A DNA stretch of 52,910 nt from positions 1 through 52,910 of IMG/VR virus record IMGVR_UViG_3300032401_000016. One strand, written 5' to 3'. Shown here one piece after another: positions 1-9,439 of this stretch. The stretch is from a virus. Its lineage: Duplodnaviria; Caudoviricetes. The notes beneath the pieces are model-generated. The model did no database searches, had not been told where the DNA came from, and saw only the letters and a program-made list of their open reading frames with translations. Both the position numbers and the translations under genes were made by a program. Numbering within the stretch: the first letter of the stretch is position 1; every line of letters begins with the position of its first letter.

Positions 1-2
1 CC

Positions 3-164
3 CACACGGACTCGCACGGCCAGTACGTGGCGCGCATCCGCGAGGCCGAGGAGGACGGCAACCCGATGCCGATGGTCGACCTCGACGTCGACCCGGTGAA
101 CCTGTGGCAGATGTATGACTCGCGCGACGACGTGACCCACACCGAACAGGAGGCCCAGACGTGA
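3..164 (+). CDS. Partial CDS, C-terminus only (possibly AAA_24/Sak4-like recombinase)
   Basis: Open frame HTDSHGQYVARIRE...EAQT* ends in GTGA overlapping the next start. The Sak4 guess rests only on position upstream of an SSB-like gene. Confidence 0.4.
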   Translation, partial: HTDSHGQYVARIREAEEDGNPMPMVDLDVDPVNLWQMYDSRDDVTHTEQEAQT

Positions 165-748
165 GCATCAAGTATTACAGCATTTCGAAGGAGGCCGGAG
201 AGGCCGCGGTAGCCGCGACGAGCTTCGACATCGTGGAGCCGACCGAGGGGTGCGGGGTGCCGTTCAAGGTCCAGAGCGGCGGCAACCCTCCGCGCGAGTT
301 CAAGCGCTGGAGCGAGCCGCTGAAGGTCGTGAGGACCCACGCAGAGCCCCAGGAGTTCACGAATAAGGAGTCAGGAGAGAAGCGTCCCGTCACCACGTTC
401 TACCTCGCGCTCCAGGGCCGCGCGACCTCGATCCTCAACAAGGGCCGCTTCTTCCACGCGCGCCACAGCATCAACTTCGCGACGCTCCTGGGTCAGTCGA
501 CCGAGGACAAGGGCTCGAACGACCGCTCGATCAAGGCGCTCATCACGCTCTTCGACGCGTGCGGTACCAAGCTCCCTGGGGGCGAGATCACGGACGCGAT
601 CCTCCAGGTCGCGTTCCCCGAGAAGGGCGGGCCCGGAAACTCGATCCTCGCCGGCAAGGAGTTCACGGCCGTCGTGTGCGCGAGCCCCAGGACCGACGGC
701 AAGGAAGGCCGGAAGATCAACGTCGAGGAGTACGCCCCGAAGGCGTAG
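161..748 (+). CDS. Putative ssDNA-binding protein
   Basis: GGAGG RBS, 195 aa, beta-rich, first full gene of the replication module. Confidence 0.45.
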   Translation: MSIKYYSISKEAGEAAVAATSFDIVEPTEGCGVPFKVQSGGNPPREFKRWSEPLKVVRTHAEPQEFTNKESGEKRPVTTFYLALQGRATSILNKGRFFHARHSINFATLLGQSTEDKGSNDRSIKALITLFDACGTKLPGGEITDAILQVAFPEKGGPGNSILAGKEFTAVVCASPRTDGKEGRKINVEEYAPKA

Positions 749-757
749 GGAGGCACC

Positions 758-1501
758 GTGGGACTTCGTGAGTCGTTCAGCAAGGACGGGCGGATGGTGC
801 TCTTCAAGGACAACCCGGCAACGCGGCTCGCGGATAGGATCGCGGAGCTCAACTCGATGTACGGGACCCGGGCGTCGGGCGGGGGTGTTCCCTCCGCTCC
901 GGCCCCGGAGCCCGGCGGGGAAGCCCCGCCCACCCTCAACAGCGGCCTGAGCGAGGACGGCGGGGGCGGACTCCGGATGGTGGCCGCGCTCCCTCCGGAA
1001 GAGCAGGAGCGCCTCAACAGGCGCGCGGTCGAGGCCGGCCTCATGGTCGACGACAGCATCCCGGCCGACAACTCGGACCTCGAACCGGCGGCGGACCCCC
1101 CGACCCGCAGCCTCGTCGGGAAGCGCGGAACGCCGGTGCGGGGAGTACAGATCACGGGGCTCTCGGCGGACCCGGCCGGGCCCGTGAGCTTCACGGACTT
1201 CCAGACGATCGACCTGAAGCAGCGGCTCGTGTACGTGGGCGGGTTCCCGTTCCCGTACGGAGACACCGAGGCGCGCGCGTTCGGCGCGCTCATCGTCGGC
1301 ATCATTCGTCGCGTTGTCGACTACGACCTGGAGAAGGCCCTTGCAAACCTTAGAGAAGACGTGCTGGCGGTGCCGGGGGCTGAAGCCACTGTCGGAGTAC
1401 CACCGGCGATCGCGGAGCAGGGACGGACTCCAGGGGCACTGCCGCTCGTGCCGTCGGGAGATGACCCGGGTGCACCAAGCGAAGTACGGCCGAACCCATA
1501 A
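758..1501 (+). CDS. Hypothetical protein
   Basis: GGGAGG RBS plus GTG. The last ~160 nt overlap the HNH gene. Confidence 0.7.
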   Translation: MGLRESFSKDGRMVLFKDNPATRLADRIAELNSMYGTRASGGGVPSAPAPEPGGEAPPTLNSGLSEDGGGGLRMVAALPPEEQERLNRRAVEAGLMVDDSIPADNSDLEPAADPPTRSLVGKRGTPVRGVQITGLSADPAGPVSFTDFQTIDLKQRLVYVGGFPFPYGDTEARAFGALIVGIIRRVVDYDLEKALANLREDVLAVPGAEATVGVPPAIAEQGRTPGALPLVPSGDDPGAPSEVRPNP

Positions 1502-2033
1502 GGGGCTCGCGGCGCGGTACCGTACGAGCGGCTTCGATCCGGAGGCCGCGGACGTCCTCGCGCGGGCCGTCGTCAGCCCGTACGGGCAGTGCGAAATCTG
1601 CGGGCTTCCTCACCGGGTACTCACGCACTACCGGAAGCGCCGCATCCCGACGCCGATGCCGATGGAGGTGTGGACGCTCTCGGTCGACCACGTAAAGCCG
1701 CGCTCAAGGGGCGGGCCCAATACCCTCACGAACGCGCGGGTTCTGTGCGTGCTGTGCAACACGAGGCGCGCGGACGCGCGGTACACCGACGAGGTCGTGC
1801 TGCGATGGGTCCGCAGGCAGTGGTTCATGCTCCACACGAACCGCGACATGTGGTGGCTCAACACGGAGCCGGGCCGCGGGGGGAAGGCGTACCGGGGGCA
1901 GAAGCACCCCGAGTGGGTCCTGGACCTGCCGGAGGAGAACTCGGCGTTCCGCCGGGCGCTCGTAGGAGGAAAGGGTGGCGCGTGGCGCGATGCGAATCCG
2001 GTGTGCATTCTGCTGGAAGATGGCGCGCGCTAA
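1341..2033 (+). CDS. HNH endonuclease with N-terminal zinc finger
   Basis: KTCWRC...HCRSC finger, CEIC, SVDHVKPRSRGG...NARVLCVLCN HNH motif. TTG start after GGAGAAGG. Confidence 0.85.
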   Translation: MQTLEKTCWRCRGLKPLSEYHRRSRSRDGLQGHCRSCRREMTRVHQAKYGRTHKGLAARYRTSGFDPEAADVLARAVVSPYGQCEICGLPHRVLTHYRKRRIPTPMPMEVWTLSVDHVKPRSRGGPNTLTNARVLCVLCNTRRADARYTDEVVLRWVRRQWFMLHTNRDMWWLNTEPGRGGKAYRGQKHPEWVLDLPEENSAFRRALVGGKGGAWRDANPVCILLEDGAR

Positions 2034-2310
2034 CGCGCTCGGGACACTGCGGGAGGACGTCTTCGCAATCACGTTCCCGGAGGCCCAGGTGTGCGAGGCG
2101 TGCGGGGAGCTGATGTACTCTCTCTTCTCGGAGCTCGCGTCGCAGCTCCGGGCCGGCGTAAACATCACCAGGGACGAGCAGGTCGAGCGCTTCATCGCCC
2201 GCCTCCGGGGACGCCCCGGGCGGCCCGTCGAGCCGGTGAGCCAGGAGCCGGCGCAGTTGGTAGACGACCTGCTGCGCGACATGAAGATCAAGCCCGAGGG
2301 GGACTCGTGA
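1990..2310 (+). CDS. Hypothetical protein with two CxxC motifs
   Basis: CAFC and CEAC. Stop overlaps the polymerase start (GTGA). Confidence 0.65.
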   Translation: MRIRCAFCWKMARANALGTLREDVFAITFPEAQVCEACGELMYSLFSELASQLRAGVNITRDEQVERFIARLRGRPGRPVEPVSQEPAQLVDDLLRDMKIKPEGDS

Positions 2311-4736
2311 GCCGCGTACTGGTGGTGATGCTGGCGCCCGAGAGCGTCGCGACGATGCGGTGGGTCCGGGAGCTCCTGACGCGCGATTGCGGGCTGCGCC
2401 CCACGGAGTACGAGTTCGCGTACCTGCTCGACGAGCCGGCCCGCGGCGCGAGCGGCCGGCCAACCGCGAAGCAGCTCGAGGCGAACCGCGCCCGGTTCCG
2501 GGCCCGCGTCGAGGCCTCGAGCGCCGACGTCGTGATTGCGATGGGTCCCTACGTGTTCCGCCACATCACGGGCCTCGGCGCTGGGATCGAGGACGCCAGG
2601 GGGTACATCCTCCCGTACGGCATGTGCAAGCCCGTGATCGAGCGCGAGCTCCAGCAGATCGGGCTCTACAAGAGCTCGAACAAGGCCCGCGGCGTGAAGG
2701 TCGGTGACCCGCGCTCCAAGCTCATGCCCGTGTCGAAGGACCCGCCGCTCCCGCCCGGGTGCAGCTTCGTGGTCCCGACCTACTCGGCCGAAATGGTACA
2801 GAAGAGCGGCTACAAGCTGATCTTCGCGCTGAAGAGCGACTTCTCGAAGGCCGCGTCGCTCGTGAACGCCGCCGCGTTCGGGGCCCCGTTCGACGACGAC
2901 GGGCTCGTGTACTGGACGAACCTCGAGCAGACCCGCGGGTTCGGGGACTTCAACGGAACGTACCGCCCGGAGATCGCGGCATCGTCCGACTACACGAGCG
3001 ACCTGCTCGCGTTCGACATCGAGACCGCGGGCAAGAACAGCCGGGTCATCACGTGCGTGAGCCTCAGCGACGGCGAGCTGACCCACACGCTGAAGTGGTG
3101 CGAAGAGACCCGCGCGTACGTGCAGCGCCAGATCGAGCTCGCGGTGGAGCGCGGCGCTCTGCTCGTGGCCCACAACATCCAGTTCGACGTCCCAATCCTG
3201 CGGGAGCACGGGGTCTCCGTGCCCGAAGGCGCGCTCACGTTCGACACGATGTTCGGGGCCGTGAACCTCCAGCCCGATCTACCGAAGGGGCTCGGGAAGG
3301 TCGCGTCGCTCTACCTGCGGCTCCGGGAGCCGTGGAAGTGGCCCGAGATCGCGGAGGTGGACCCGGAGCACTACAGCGCGAAGGACAGCTTCATCACCGC
3401 GCGGGTCGCGCGGAAGATGATCGAGATCATGAAGGGCACCGGGTGGTACGATCGCTTCGTGACGGTCATCATGGATCGGGTGCGGCTCCTCATGGACCTC
3501 GGGGAGGAGGGCATCCGCGTCGACCGCGCGGCCCTCGCGGCGTGGAACCGCACGCTCTCCCGGGGGCTCTGGCACTACGAGCGCCTGTGGGGCCGCGCGT
3601 TCCCGGGCCTGAACCCGCACTCGACCCAGCAGCTCGCGAAGCTCTTCTTCAACGAGTGGGGTCTCCCGGTACAGCGCAACCTACGCGAGGGCATCACGAC
3701 CGACGAGCTCGCGTGCGTGAACCTCCGGGAGTGCGTGGTGGCCGGGACGCGGGACAAGGACTCGGCGTGGGAGAAGGACCCGCGCTGCACCCCCCGGGTG
3801 TTCGACCTGCTCCTGAAGATCAGGTTCGAGTCGAAGGAGCTGAAGACGTACGCGAAGGCCCAGCTCGACGAGCACTCGCGCGTGTACCCGAAGTACCTGC
3901 CGGAGGCGAAGGACCGCGACAACACCGATGGCAGGAAACGGAAGGGCGCGGCCGCGACGGGCCGGCTCGCGAGTCGTGACCCGAACCTCCAGAACCCGAG
4001 CAAGGGCGCGCGGCGGGTCTTTATCCCGGACCGCGACGACATGTGCTTCATCCAGTGGGACTACCGGAGCGCGGAGCCGGCGGTGATCGGGTGGCTCTCG
4101 GGCGACAAGCGGCTGCTCGAGGCCCTCGCGGCGGGCAGGTTCCACCAGCGCAACGCCGACGAGATCGGGTGCGAGCGCCGGACCGCGAAGAACGTGTTCT
4201 TCGGCTCGTGCTACGGGGCCGGCCCCGCGACGATCAGCGACACGATCAAGCGGAACGACCACATCTTCGTGCCGGTCGCGGAGTGCAAGCGCGTCCAGAA
4301 CAGGCTGTACCAGCTCTACCCCGACGCGTTCTCGTACCTCACGACCCAGGGCACGCTCGCGGTCGAGCAGGGGTACCTCGTGAACCCGTTCGGGCGCGTC
4401 CGGTTCTTCTACGGCGGGACGCGCGACATCCCGGCCGCGAAGGACAACCAGCCCCAAAGCACCGTGGCCGACATGATCTGGGACGTCATGCGCCCGATGT
4501 CCGACATGCTGCGGCGGCGGGGAGGCCGATTCACGACCACGACCCACGACTCGATCCTCGGGCAGGTCCCGAAGTCCGCGGTCGTCGGGGCCATTGCCGA
4601 GGGCCGCGCCATCATGCAGCGGGAGTTCCCGCAGGTCGCGCCCGGGTTCTTCTGCCCCGTCGACGTCGAGGTCGGGTGGCCCGGCGCCTCGTGGGGCAAC
4701 CTAGTGAAGGAGGCCGAGTTTGGATTCGCCGCGTAA
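2307..4736 (+). CDS. polA: Family A DNA polymerase with N-terminal uracil-DNA glycosylase-like domain and 3'-5' exonuclease
   Basis: ExoI FDIET, ExoII HNIQFD, ExoIII YSAKD; ATGRLAS-DPNLQN; motif A DYRSAE, motif B RRTAKNVFFGSCYG, motif C THDS. N-terminal DVVIAMG...IEDARG...VVPTYS resembles family-4 UDG. Confidence 0.93.
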   Translation: MSRVLVVMLAPESVATMRWVRELLTRDCGLRPTEYEFAYLLDEPARGASGRPTAKQLEANRARFRARVEASSADVVIAMGPYVFRHITGLGAGIEDARGYILPYGMCKPVIERELQQIGLYKSSNKARGVKVGDPRSKLMPVSKDPPLPPGCSFVVPTYSAEMVQKSGYKLIFALKSDFSKAASLVNAAAFGAPFDDDGLVYWTNLEQTRGFGDFNGTYRPEIAASSDYTSDLLAFDIETAGKNSRVITCVSLSDGELTHTLKWCEETRAYVQRQIELAVERGALLVAHNIQFDVPILREHGVSVPEGALTFDTMFGAVNLQPDLPKGLGKVASLYLRLREPWKWPEIAEVDPEHYSAKDSFITARVARKMIEIMKGTGWYDRFVTVIMDRVRLLMDLGEEGIRVDRAALAAWNRTLSRGLWHYERLWGRAFPGLNPHSTQQLAKLFFNEWGLPVQRNLREGITTDELACVNLRECVVAGTRDKDSAWEKDPRCTPRVFDLLLKIRFESKELKTYAKAQLDEHSRVYPKYLPEAKDRDNTDGRKRKGAAATGRLASRDPNLQNPSKGARRVFIPDRDDMCFIQWDYRSAEPAVIGWLSGDKRLLEALAAGRFHQRNADEIGCERRTAKNVFFGSCYGAGPATISDTIKRNDHIFVPVAECKRVQNRLYQLYPDAFSYLTTQGTLAVEQGYLVNPFGRVRFFYGGTRDIPAAKDNQPQSTVADMIWDVMRPMSDMLRRRGGRFTTTTHDSILGQVPKSAVVGAIAEGRAIMQREFPQVAPGFFCPVDVEVGWPGASWGNLVKEAEFGFAA

Positions 4737-4761
4737 TCCGCCGGAGGACCCGGAGGTGCGG

Positions 4762-5073
4762 ATGGCCCGGGAGCTCGCTGAAGGCAGGAAGCGGTACGAC
4801 GAGAAGTTCAAAATCGTGCAGCTACCCGGGTACCCACCGGCCTTGAAGCTCGTGGCCGATGAGCAGCCGGAGCCCTCGGGGCGGGGCCCGGAGGTCGCGC
4901 CGCTCGTGATCGCCGACATCGTCGCGCGGGTGAAGATGGGGGAGAAGAAGTACGGGGAGCGGCTCCGGGCCAACAACGGGCGCGACGCGCTGCTCGACGC
5001 GTACCAGGAGGCCCTCGACCTTGCGCTCTACCTGCGGCAAGAGATCGAAGAGAGGACTACACCGTGCCCATGA
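4762..5073 (+). CDS. Putative all-alpha (MazG-like) nucleotide pyrophosphohydrolase
   Basis: GEKKYG...NGRDALLDAYQEALDLALYL (ExxD) motif. GGAGG RBS. Confidence 0.55.
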   Translation: MARELAEGRKRYDEKFKIVQLPGYPPALKLVADEQPEPSGRGPEVAPLVIADIVARVKMGEKKYGERLRANNGRDALLDAYQEALDLALYLRQEIEERTTPCP

Positions 5074-5684
5074 CGGTAGAGGGGAATTGCGGGCTGTTCG
5101 TTGCGGCGAACGCGCTCCGTGAGCTGAGGAAGTCCGAGCGTATGTGCTCGGAGGACCCCGAGACCTGGCGCCTGTGGCGCCGGACCACCCAGGAGGTGCT
5201 TAGGATGTGCGAGAGAGGGATGCCGGCTACCGACGGGCCGCGGAACTACGTCGGCTACAACGTGCCCGAGCCGAGGCCGGGGCGGCTCATTCCGGTTGAC
5301 GGTGACCCCAGCAAGCTCAATGCGGTCGACCTTATGGTGGCCCCGATCCTGTACCCGCAGTGCTGCGAGCCGCGAGTCGCGGCCAACCAGTCCAGCGTCG
5401 CGCTCGAGGCGGACGCGCTCGTGCACGGGGCGCGCGGCGAGAACTACGGGCACCCGCTCGACGACTTCGGGCGCACGGCTGGGATGCTGAACGCGATGTT
5501 CCAGCACAAGCTGAAGGCGGACTTCACGGCCGAGGACGTCGCGAAGATTCTGATCTGCGTGAAGCTCAGCCGCGAGACGAACTGCCCGAAGCGCGACAAC
5601 CGGGTTGACATCGCGGGCTACGCGGAGACGCTCGACATGGTCGTGCACGAGCGCGCGCGGCGCGACTGCGAAGTGTACGCGTGA
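5064..5684 (+). CDS. DUF6378-like protein
   Basis: C-terminal GARGENYGHPLDDFGRTA...VKLSRE...DNRVDIAGYA pattern. Confidence 0.7.
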   Translation: MPMTVEGNCGLFVAANALRELRKSERMCSEDPETWRLWRRTTQEVLRMCERGMPATDGPRNYVGYNVPEPRPGRLIPVDGDPSKLNAVDLMVAPILYPQCCEPRVAANQSSVALEADALVHGARGENYGHPLDDFGRTAGMLNAMFQHKLKADFTAEDVAKILICVKLSRETNCPKRDNRVDIAGYAETLDMVVHERARRDCEVYA

Positions 5685-6043
5685 TCCCCGCTTCCGAGCT
5701 CGCGCGTATGCCCATCAAGGCGCTGCGGGAGAAGACCGCGGACGCCTTCAGGGACGCCGAGAAGACCCAGCGCAAGCTCGCGGACGACATCGAGAAGCTC
5801 GAGGCCCTGTGTGCCGCGTACCTCGAGGTCGCCGCTCAGGCGCGCCTCGGGGTCAGGATGAACGACATCGCGAGCGACGCCTACTACCACGCGCGGGGCC
5901 CGTACGCGACGTCCACGATCCCGCGGGACGAGGTCAAGCTGATCTGCGCCCTCGCGGTCCGCGAGCCGTTCTGGGGGTGGGTCGTGCGGGTGCTCTCGAG
6001 GGTAGCAAGTACGCGGCTCCAGGAGGACGCCAATGCCGAGTAG
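5681..6043 (+). CDS. Hypothetical protein
   Basis: GTGA-coupled to the upstream gene; helical N-terminus. Confidence 0.7.
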   Translation: MIPASELARMPIKALREKTADAFRDAEKTQRKLADDIEKLEALCAAYLEVAAQARLGVRMNDIASDAYYHARGPYATSTIPRDEVKLICALAVREPFWGWVVRVLSRVASTRLQEDANAE

Positions 6044-6422
6044 TCAGACCAGCCGCCAGTACCGGTGGCAGCAGAAGACGCTCGCGGGCGGAGGGTGTAT
6101 CTCGTGCGGTCACCCGAAGCTCCCGAGCTCCGACCGGTGCTTCCGCCACTACGTGATGCGCGTCATGAGGCGCGCGGGCCTCAAGCCCCAGAACCAGGTG
6201 ATGGGCCGGAACCGCGACTACCTCATCACGTGGCTCCGGGGGATGTACATCGAGGCGCGGGTCTTCGGGGAGGCGCGGCCGGACCTCACGACCGAGGCCC
6301 TCGGGAAGTGGGAGGCCTCGAGGTTCACCCACCTCAAGAGCGGCGCCGCGAGGTTCGCGCGCGTCGCGCTGTCCGTCGAGAGGCGGGCTCGAAAGGACCG
6401 TAATGCCAGTACCGATGAGTGA
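6033..6422 (+). CDS. Hypothetical zinc-finger protein
   Basis: GGAGG RBS; CISC...CFRH. Confidence 0.65.
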   Translation: MPSSQTSRQYRWQQKTLAGGGCISCGHPKLPSSDRCFRHYVMRVMRRAGLKPQNQVMGRNRDYLITWLRGMYIEARVFGEARPDLTTEALGKWEASRFTHLKSGAARFARVALSVERRARKDRNASTDE

Positions 6423-6915
6423 CCGGATCAGGCTCGTCGTCGACAACATCATCCGGCGCGAAGGCGGCTACACGAACCACCCGAACGACCCGGGTGGCCC
6501 CACGAACTACGGCATCACGCTCGCCGACCTCTCGGAGGTCAGGGGGGCGCCGCAGACGGCCGCGAACGTGAAGGCCCTCACGCGCGACGAGGCCTCGATG
6601 ATCTATCTCAACCGCTACATCGTGGGGCCCGGGTTCGATCGCCTCGATTCTCCGCTCTTCGAGCTTGTAGTCGATACCGCGGTCAACAACGGGCGCGGGC
6701 GCGCGATCCTGTGGCTCCAGCGCGCGTGCGGTGCGGTTGAGGACGGGATTCTCGGGCCGAAGACCGTGCGGGCCGCGGCCGACGGGGGCCAGCACACGTA
6801 CGACGCGCTTCTGAAGCTGCGGCTCAAGGCGTACGGCGCGCTCGTGTCGCAGAACAGCTCGCTCTCGGTCTTCATCGCCGGCTGGATCAACCGCGTGTGC
6901 GAGTTCATGCCGTGA
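6403..6915 (+). CDS. Endolysin, glycoside hydrolase family 108
   Basis: REGGYTNHPNDPGGPTNYGIT catalytic motif, DGILGPKT, FIAGWINR. Confidence 0.92.
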   Translation: MPVPMSDRIRLVVDNIIRREGGYTNHPNDPGGPTNYGITLADLSEVRGAPQTAANVKALTRDEASMIYLNRYIVGPGFDRLDSPLFELVVDTAVNNGRGRAILWLQRACGAVEDGILGPKTVRAAADGGQHTYDALLKLRLKAYGALVSQNSSLSVFIAGWINRVCEFMP

Positions 6916-7721
6916 GGGGCTACCGGGTGATCCTCGAGCACGAGGGCCCGCTGCTCCTCACGCGCGTCACGAATCACATCAGCGAGGAAATCTCCGCGCA
7001 GTTCCGCGGGACGTCCGCGATCCAGGAACTCGTGGGCTACATGCAGCGCAAACTCGATCGGGGGAGGGAAGCCGTGAAGCTCTTCGTATTCGATACCGAG
7101 ACCGGCGGGCTCGATCCCGCGGCGCACAGCCTCCTGACGATTGGGGGCGTTGCGTGGGACGAGGGCGAGATCGTGGGCTCGATTGAGCTGAAGATCAACG
7201 AGCCCGAGATTATCGCGACCCCCGAGGCGCTCGCGGTCAACAAGATCGACGTCACCCGGCTCCCGTACGACGGGCTCCGGCCGCTGGAGGCGGTTCGGGC
7301 GCTCGAGGGGTTCCTCGCGTCCCACTGGAGCGAGGGCCCGATCACGCTCGCGGGCCACAACGTGCAGTTTGACTACGGGTTCCTGAAGCGCCTCTACCGG
7401 CTTTCGCACGAGCAGGCCTACGAGGTGTGGTCGGCGTGCTCCGCGGCCGGTGAGCAGCCCGAGCTGCGGTGGGCGACGTGGCAACAGCGCCTCGACCGCA
7501 GGTTCTCGTACCGGCTGCTCGACACCCAGACGATCGCGCTGTTCCTGAAGCTCACGGGGATCGCGCCGCAGCCGGGCGGAACCACGAAGCTCGAGCGGCT
7601 CTGTAGGTACTACGGGGTCGAGAACCCGGAGGCCCACACCGCGCTCTCGGACGCGAAGGCGACCGCGGAGCTCCTCACGAAGATGATCCTGCTCGTGGGG
7701 GACCGGAACAAGGGGAGGTGA
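6912..7721 (+). CDS. DEDDh 3'-5' exonuclease (DnaQ-like); alternative start at 7074
   Basis: FDTETGG, AGHNVQFDYGFL, AHTALSDA. GTG at 6912 is coupled to the lysin stop; a second GTG at 7074 has a GGAGG RBS. Confidence 0.88.
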   Translation: MRGYRVILEHEGPLLLTRVTNHISEEISAQFRGTSAIQELVGYMQRKLDRGREAVKLFVFDTETGGLDPAAHSLLTIGGVAWDEGEIVGSIELKINEPEIIATPEALAVNKIDVTRLPYDGLRPLEAVRALEGFLASHWSEGPITLAGHNVQFDYGFLKRLYRLSHEQAYEVWSACSAAGEQPELRWATWQQRLDRRFSYRLLDTQTIALFLKLTGIAPQPGGTTKLERLCRYYGVENPEAHTALSDAKATAELLTKMILLVGDRNKGR

Positions 7722-7724
7722 GCC

Positions 7725-7955
7725 GTGTGTTCGAGTGGTACTGCTGCGACATCTTCTGGTGGATCAGGCGGTAGATCGCAGACCTGCGCGGACCTGTGGT
7801 ACGACTTGAATCTGAAACTCCACGCGTGCGACAACCCCGCGTTTGGAAGTTCCGGATTCTGCCTGCACCATCTGCCCGATCACGAGGCCCTGTGGCGCCG
7901 CGAGGCGATGAAGGTGCTGATGGAGATTAGGGACAAGCTGTATCACCTGGGCTAA
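7725..7955 (+). CDS. Hypothetical small protein
   Basis: Fills the gap; C...FCLHH motif. Start uncertain. Confidence 0.45.
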   Translation: MCSSGTAATSSGGSGGRSQTCADLWYDLNLKLHACDNPAFGSSGFCLHHLPDHEALWRREAMKVLMEIRDKLYHLG

Positions 7956-7977
7956 CGCCCGCTACGGAGGAGGAAGC

Positions 7978-8916
7978 GTGCTGCTGTTCGTTCTGAAGTT
8001 CGTGGTGCTGGCCCTGATCGGGCTCGCGTTCGCGTCGAAGGTGAAGCGCGTCATCAAGGAGACGACGGTCCGGTACGACATGCAGGGCAAGCCCCAGAAC
8101 GTCGAGGTCGAGGTCCCCGGTATCCACATCCCTACGATCGTGGCGGGCGTCGTGGCGCTGATCGTCGCCGGGCTCCTGATGACGTCGTTCGGGGCGCTCG
8201 GGGCCGGCGAGCGGGGGGTCGTGCTCCAGTTCGGCGCGACGACCGGGCGGGTGCTCCAGCCCGGAATCTACGCGGTCGTGCCCCTGATCGAGTCGGTCCA
8301 CGCGGTTGATGTGCAGGTCCAGAAGGAGGAGGTCAACAAGGCGACGGCCGTGAGCCACGACCTCCAGCAGGTCTGGACGAACGTCGCGCTCAACTACTAC
8401 GTGCGCCCCGAGGGCGTCTCGATCCTCTACAAGACGGTTGGCGACGCGTACAAGAACCGGATCATCGACCCCGCGGTCCAGGAAGCCCTGAAGGCCGTGA
8501 CCGCGCGCTTCAGCGCGGAGGACCTGATCGCTCGACGCAACGAGGCGAAGGTCGAGCTCGTTATGGAGATTCAGAACCGGCTCGCGACCCACAACATCGT
8601 GGTCGACGCCGTGAGCCTCACGGACTTCCAGTTCACGGAGGAGTTCACGAACGCGATCGAGGCGAAGGTCACGGCCGCGCAGCTCGCGCTGAAGGCGGAG
8701 AACGACCTCGATCGCGTGCGGTTCGAGTCGGAGCAGCGCCTGAACCGGGCGGAGGCCGAGGCGAAGTCGATCGAGATTCAGGCACGCGCGATCCAGAACC
8801 AGGGCGGCGCGGAGTACGTGCGGCTCCAGGCGATCTCGAAGTGGGATGGGAAGCTGCCGGTCAACATGTACGGGAGCGCGCCGGTGCCGTTCCTCAACAT
8901 CGCGGCGCACCAGTAG
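7978..8916 (+). CDS. SPFH/band 7 (prohibitin-like) membrane protein
   Basis: Two N-terminal TM helices, GERGVV..FG, coiled-coil AIEAKVTA, KWDGKLP end motif. GGAGGAGG RBS. Confidence 0.92.
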   Translation: MLLFVLKFVVLALIGLAFASKVKRVIKETTVRYDMQGKPQNVEVEVPGIHIPTIVAGVVALIVAGLLMTSFGALGAGERGVVLQFGATTGRVLQPGIYAVVPLIESVHAVDVQVQKEEVNKATAVSHDLQQVWTNVALNYYVRPEGVSILYKTVGDAYKNRIIDPAVQEALKAVTARFSAEDLIARRNEAKVELVMEIQNRLATHNIVVDAVSLTDFQFTEEFTNAIEAKVTAAQLALKAENDLDRVRFESEQRLNRAEAEAKSIEIQARAIQNQGGAEYVRLQAISKWDGKLPVNMYGSAPVPFLNIAAHQ

Positions 8917-8954
8917 TGTTCGCGCACGTCAGGCACGTCTATCTCGGTGGGCTC

Positions 8955-9122
8955 ATGAGCCAGATCGCGGTGTTCGACGCGTCGAAGGAGGTGGTGCCGG
9001 GAATCCGTCAGGGATGCCCCCCGTGGTTCGCGAGGGTCTCGTTCCCGACGTTCGACATCTACCTCACGGAGGAAGACGCGAAGGAGCTCGCGAGGCAGTT
9101 GCTCTCTCCCGCCGGCTATTAG
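8955..9122 (+). CDS. Hypothetical small protein
   Basis: ATG ORF ending just before the terminator. Confidence 0.5.
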   Translation: MSQIAVFDASKEVVPGIRQGCPPWFARVSFPTFDIYLTEEDAKELARQLLSPAGY

Positions 9123-9130
9123 CCAGAAAC

Positions 9131-9167
9131 AAAGAACCCCCGGGGCCTCACGGCTCCGGGGGTTTTT
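9131..9167. terminator. Bidirectional intrinsic terminator
   Basis: AACCCCCGGGGCC-TCAC-GGCTCCGGGGGTT hairpin flanked by A and T runs, between convergent genes. Confidence 0.85.
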
Positions 9168-9180
9168 GCGTTCGGGCGGG

Positions 9181-9438
9181 TTAGCGCACGAGCTTGTAGA
9201 GCGACGCCGGGTCGGGCGAGACCTCGGTGCCGTCGAGGGTGATCTTGTCGAGCATCATGCCAGCGTCGGGCGTGATCTCGAACGTGATGTCGGTTCCGCC
9301 CGCGACCTGCGTGGTTCCGGGCGAGACGGTTCCGCCGGGGCCGGCGTTGACGGTGATCGTGAAGAGCGCGACGAGGGCCTTGAACGTGGCCTCGAGGATG
9401 TGGTCGGCCTGGACGTTGATGAGCGTGAAGCGTGCCAT
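9181..9438 (-). CDS. Circularly permuted InlB-B-repeat-like beta-domain protein
   Basis: FTLINVQADHILEATF precedes FTITVNAGPGGTVSP...FEITPDAG...ITLDG, the reverse of the usual repeat order. Confidence 0.7.
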   Translation of the reverse strand: MARFTLINVQADHILEATFKALVALFTITVNAGPGGTVSPGTTQVAGGTDITFEITPDAGMMLDKITLDGTEVSPDPASLYKLVR

Positions 9439-9439
9439 G

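Noticed and set aside
2091-2306. N-terminal extension of the polymerase in the ORF track
   Set aside because: Overlaps the upstream CxxC gene. The GTGA-coupled start at 2307 fits better.
7718-7930. TAG recoding suggested by an alternative frame (VSRVFEWYCC...*) and by the 9851 minigene
   Set aside because: Many well-defined genes (terL, portal, scaffold, SPFH) end at TAG right before the next start, and no CUA tRNA is present.
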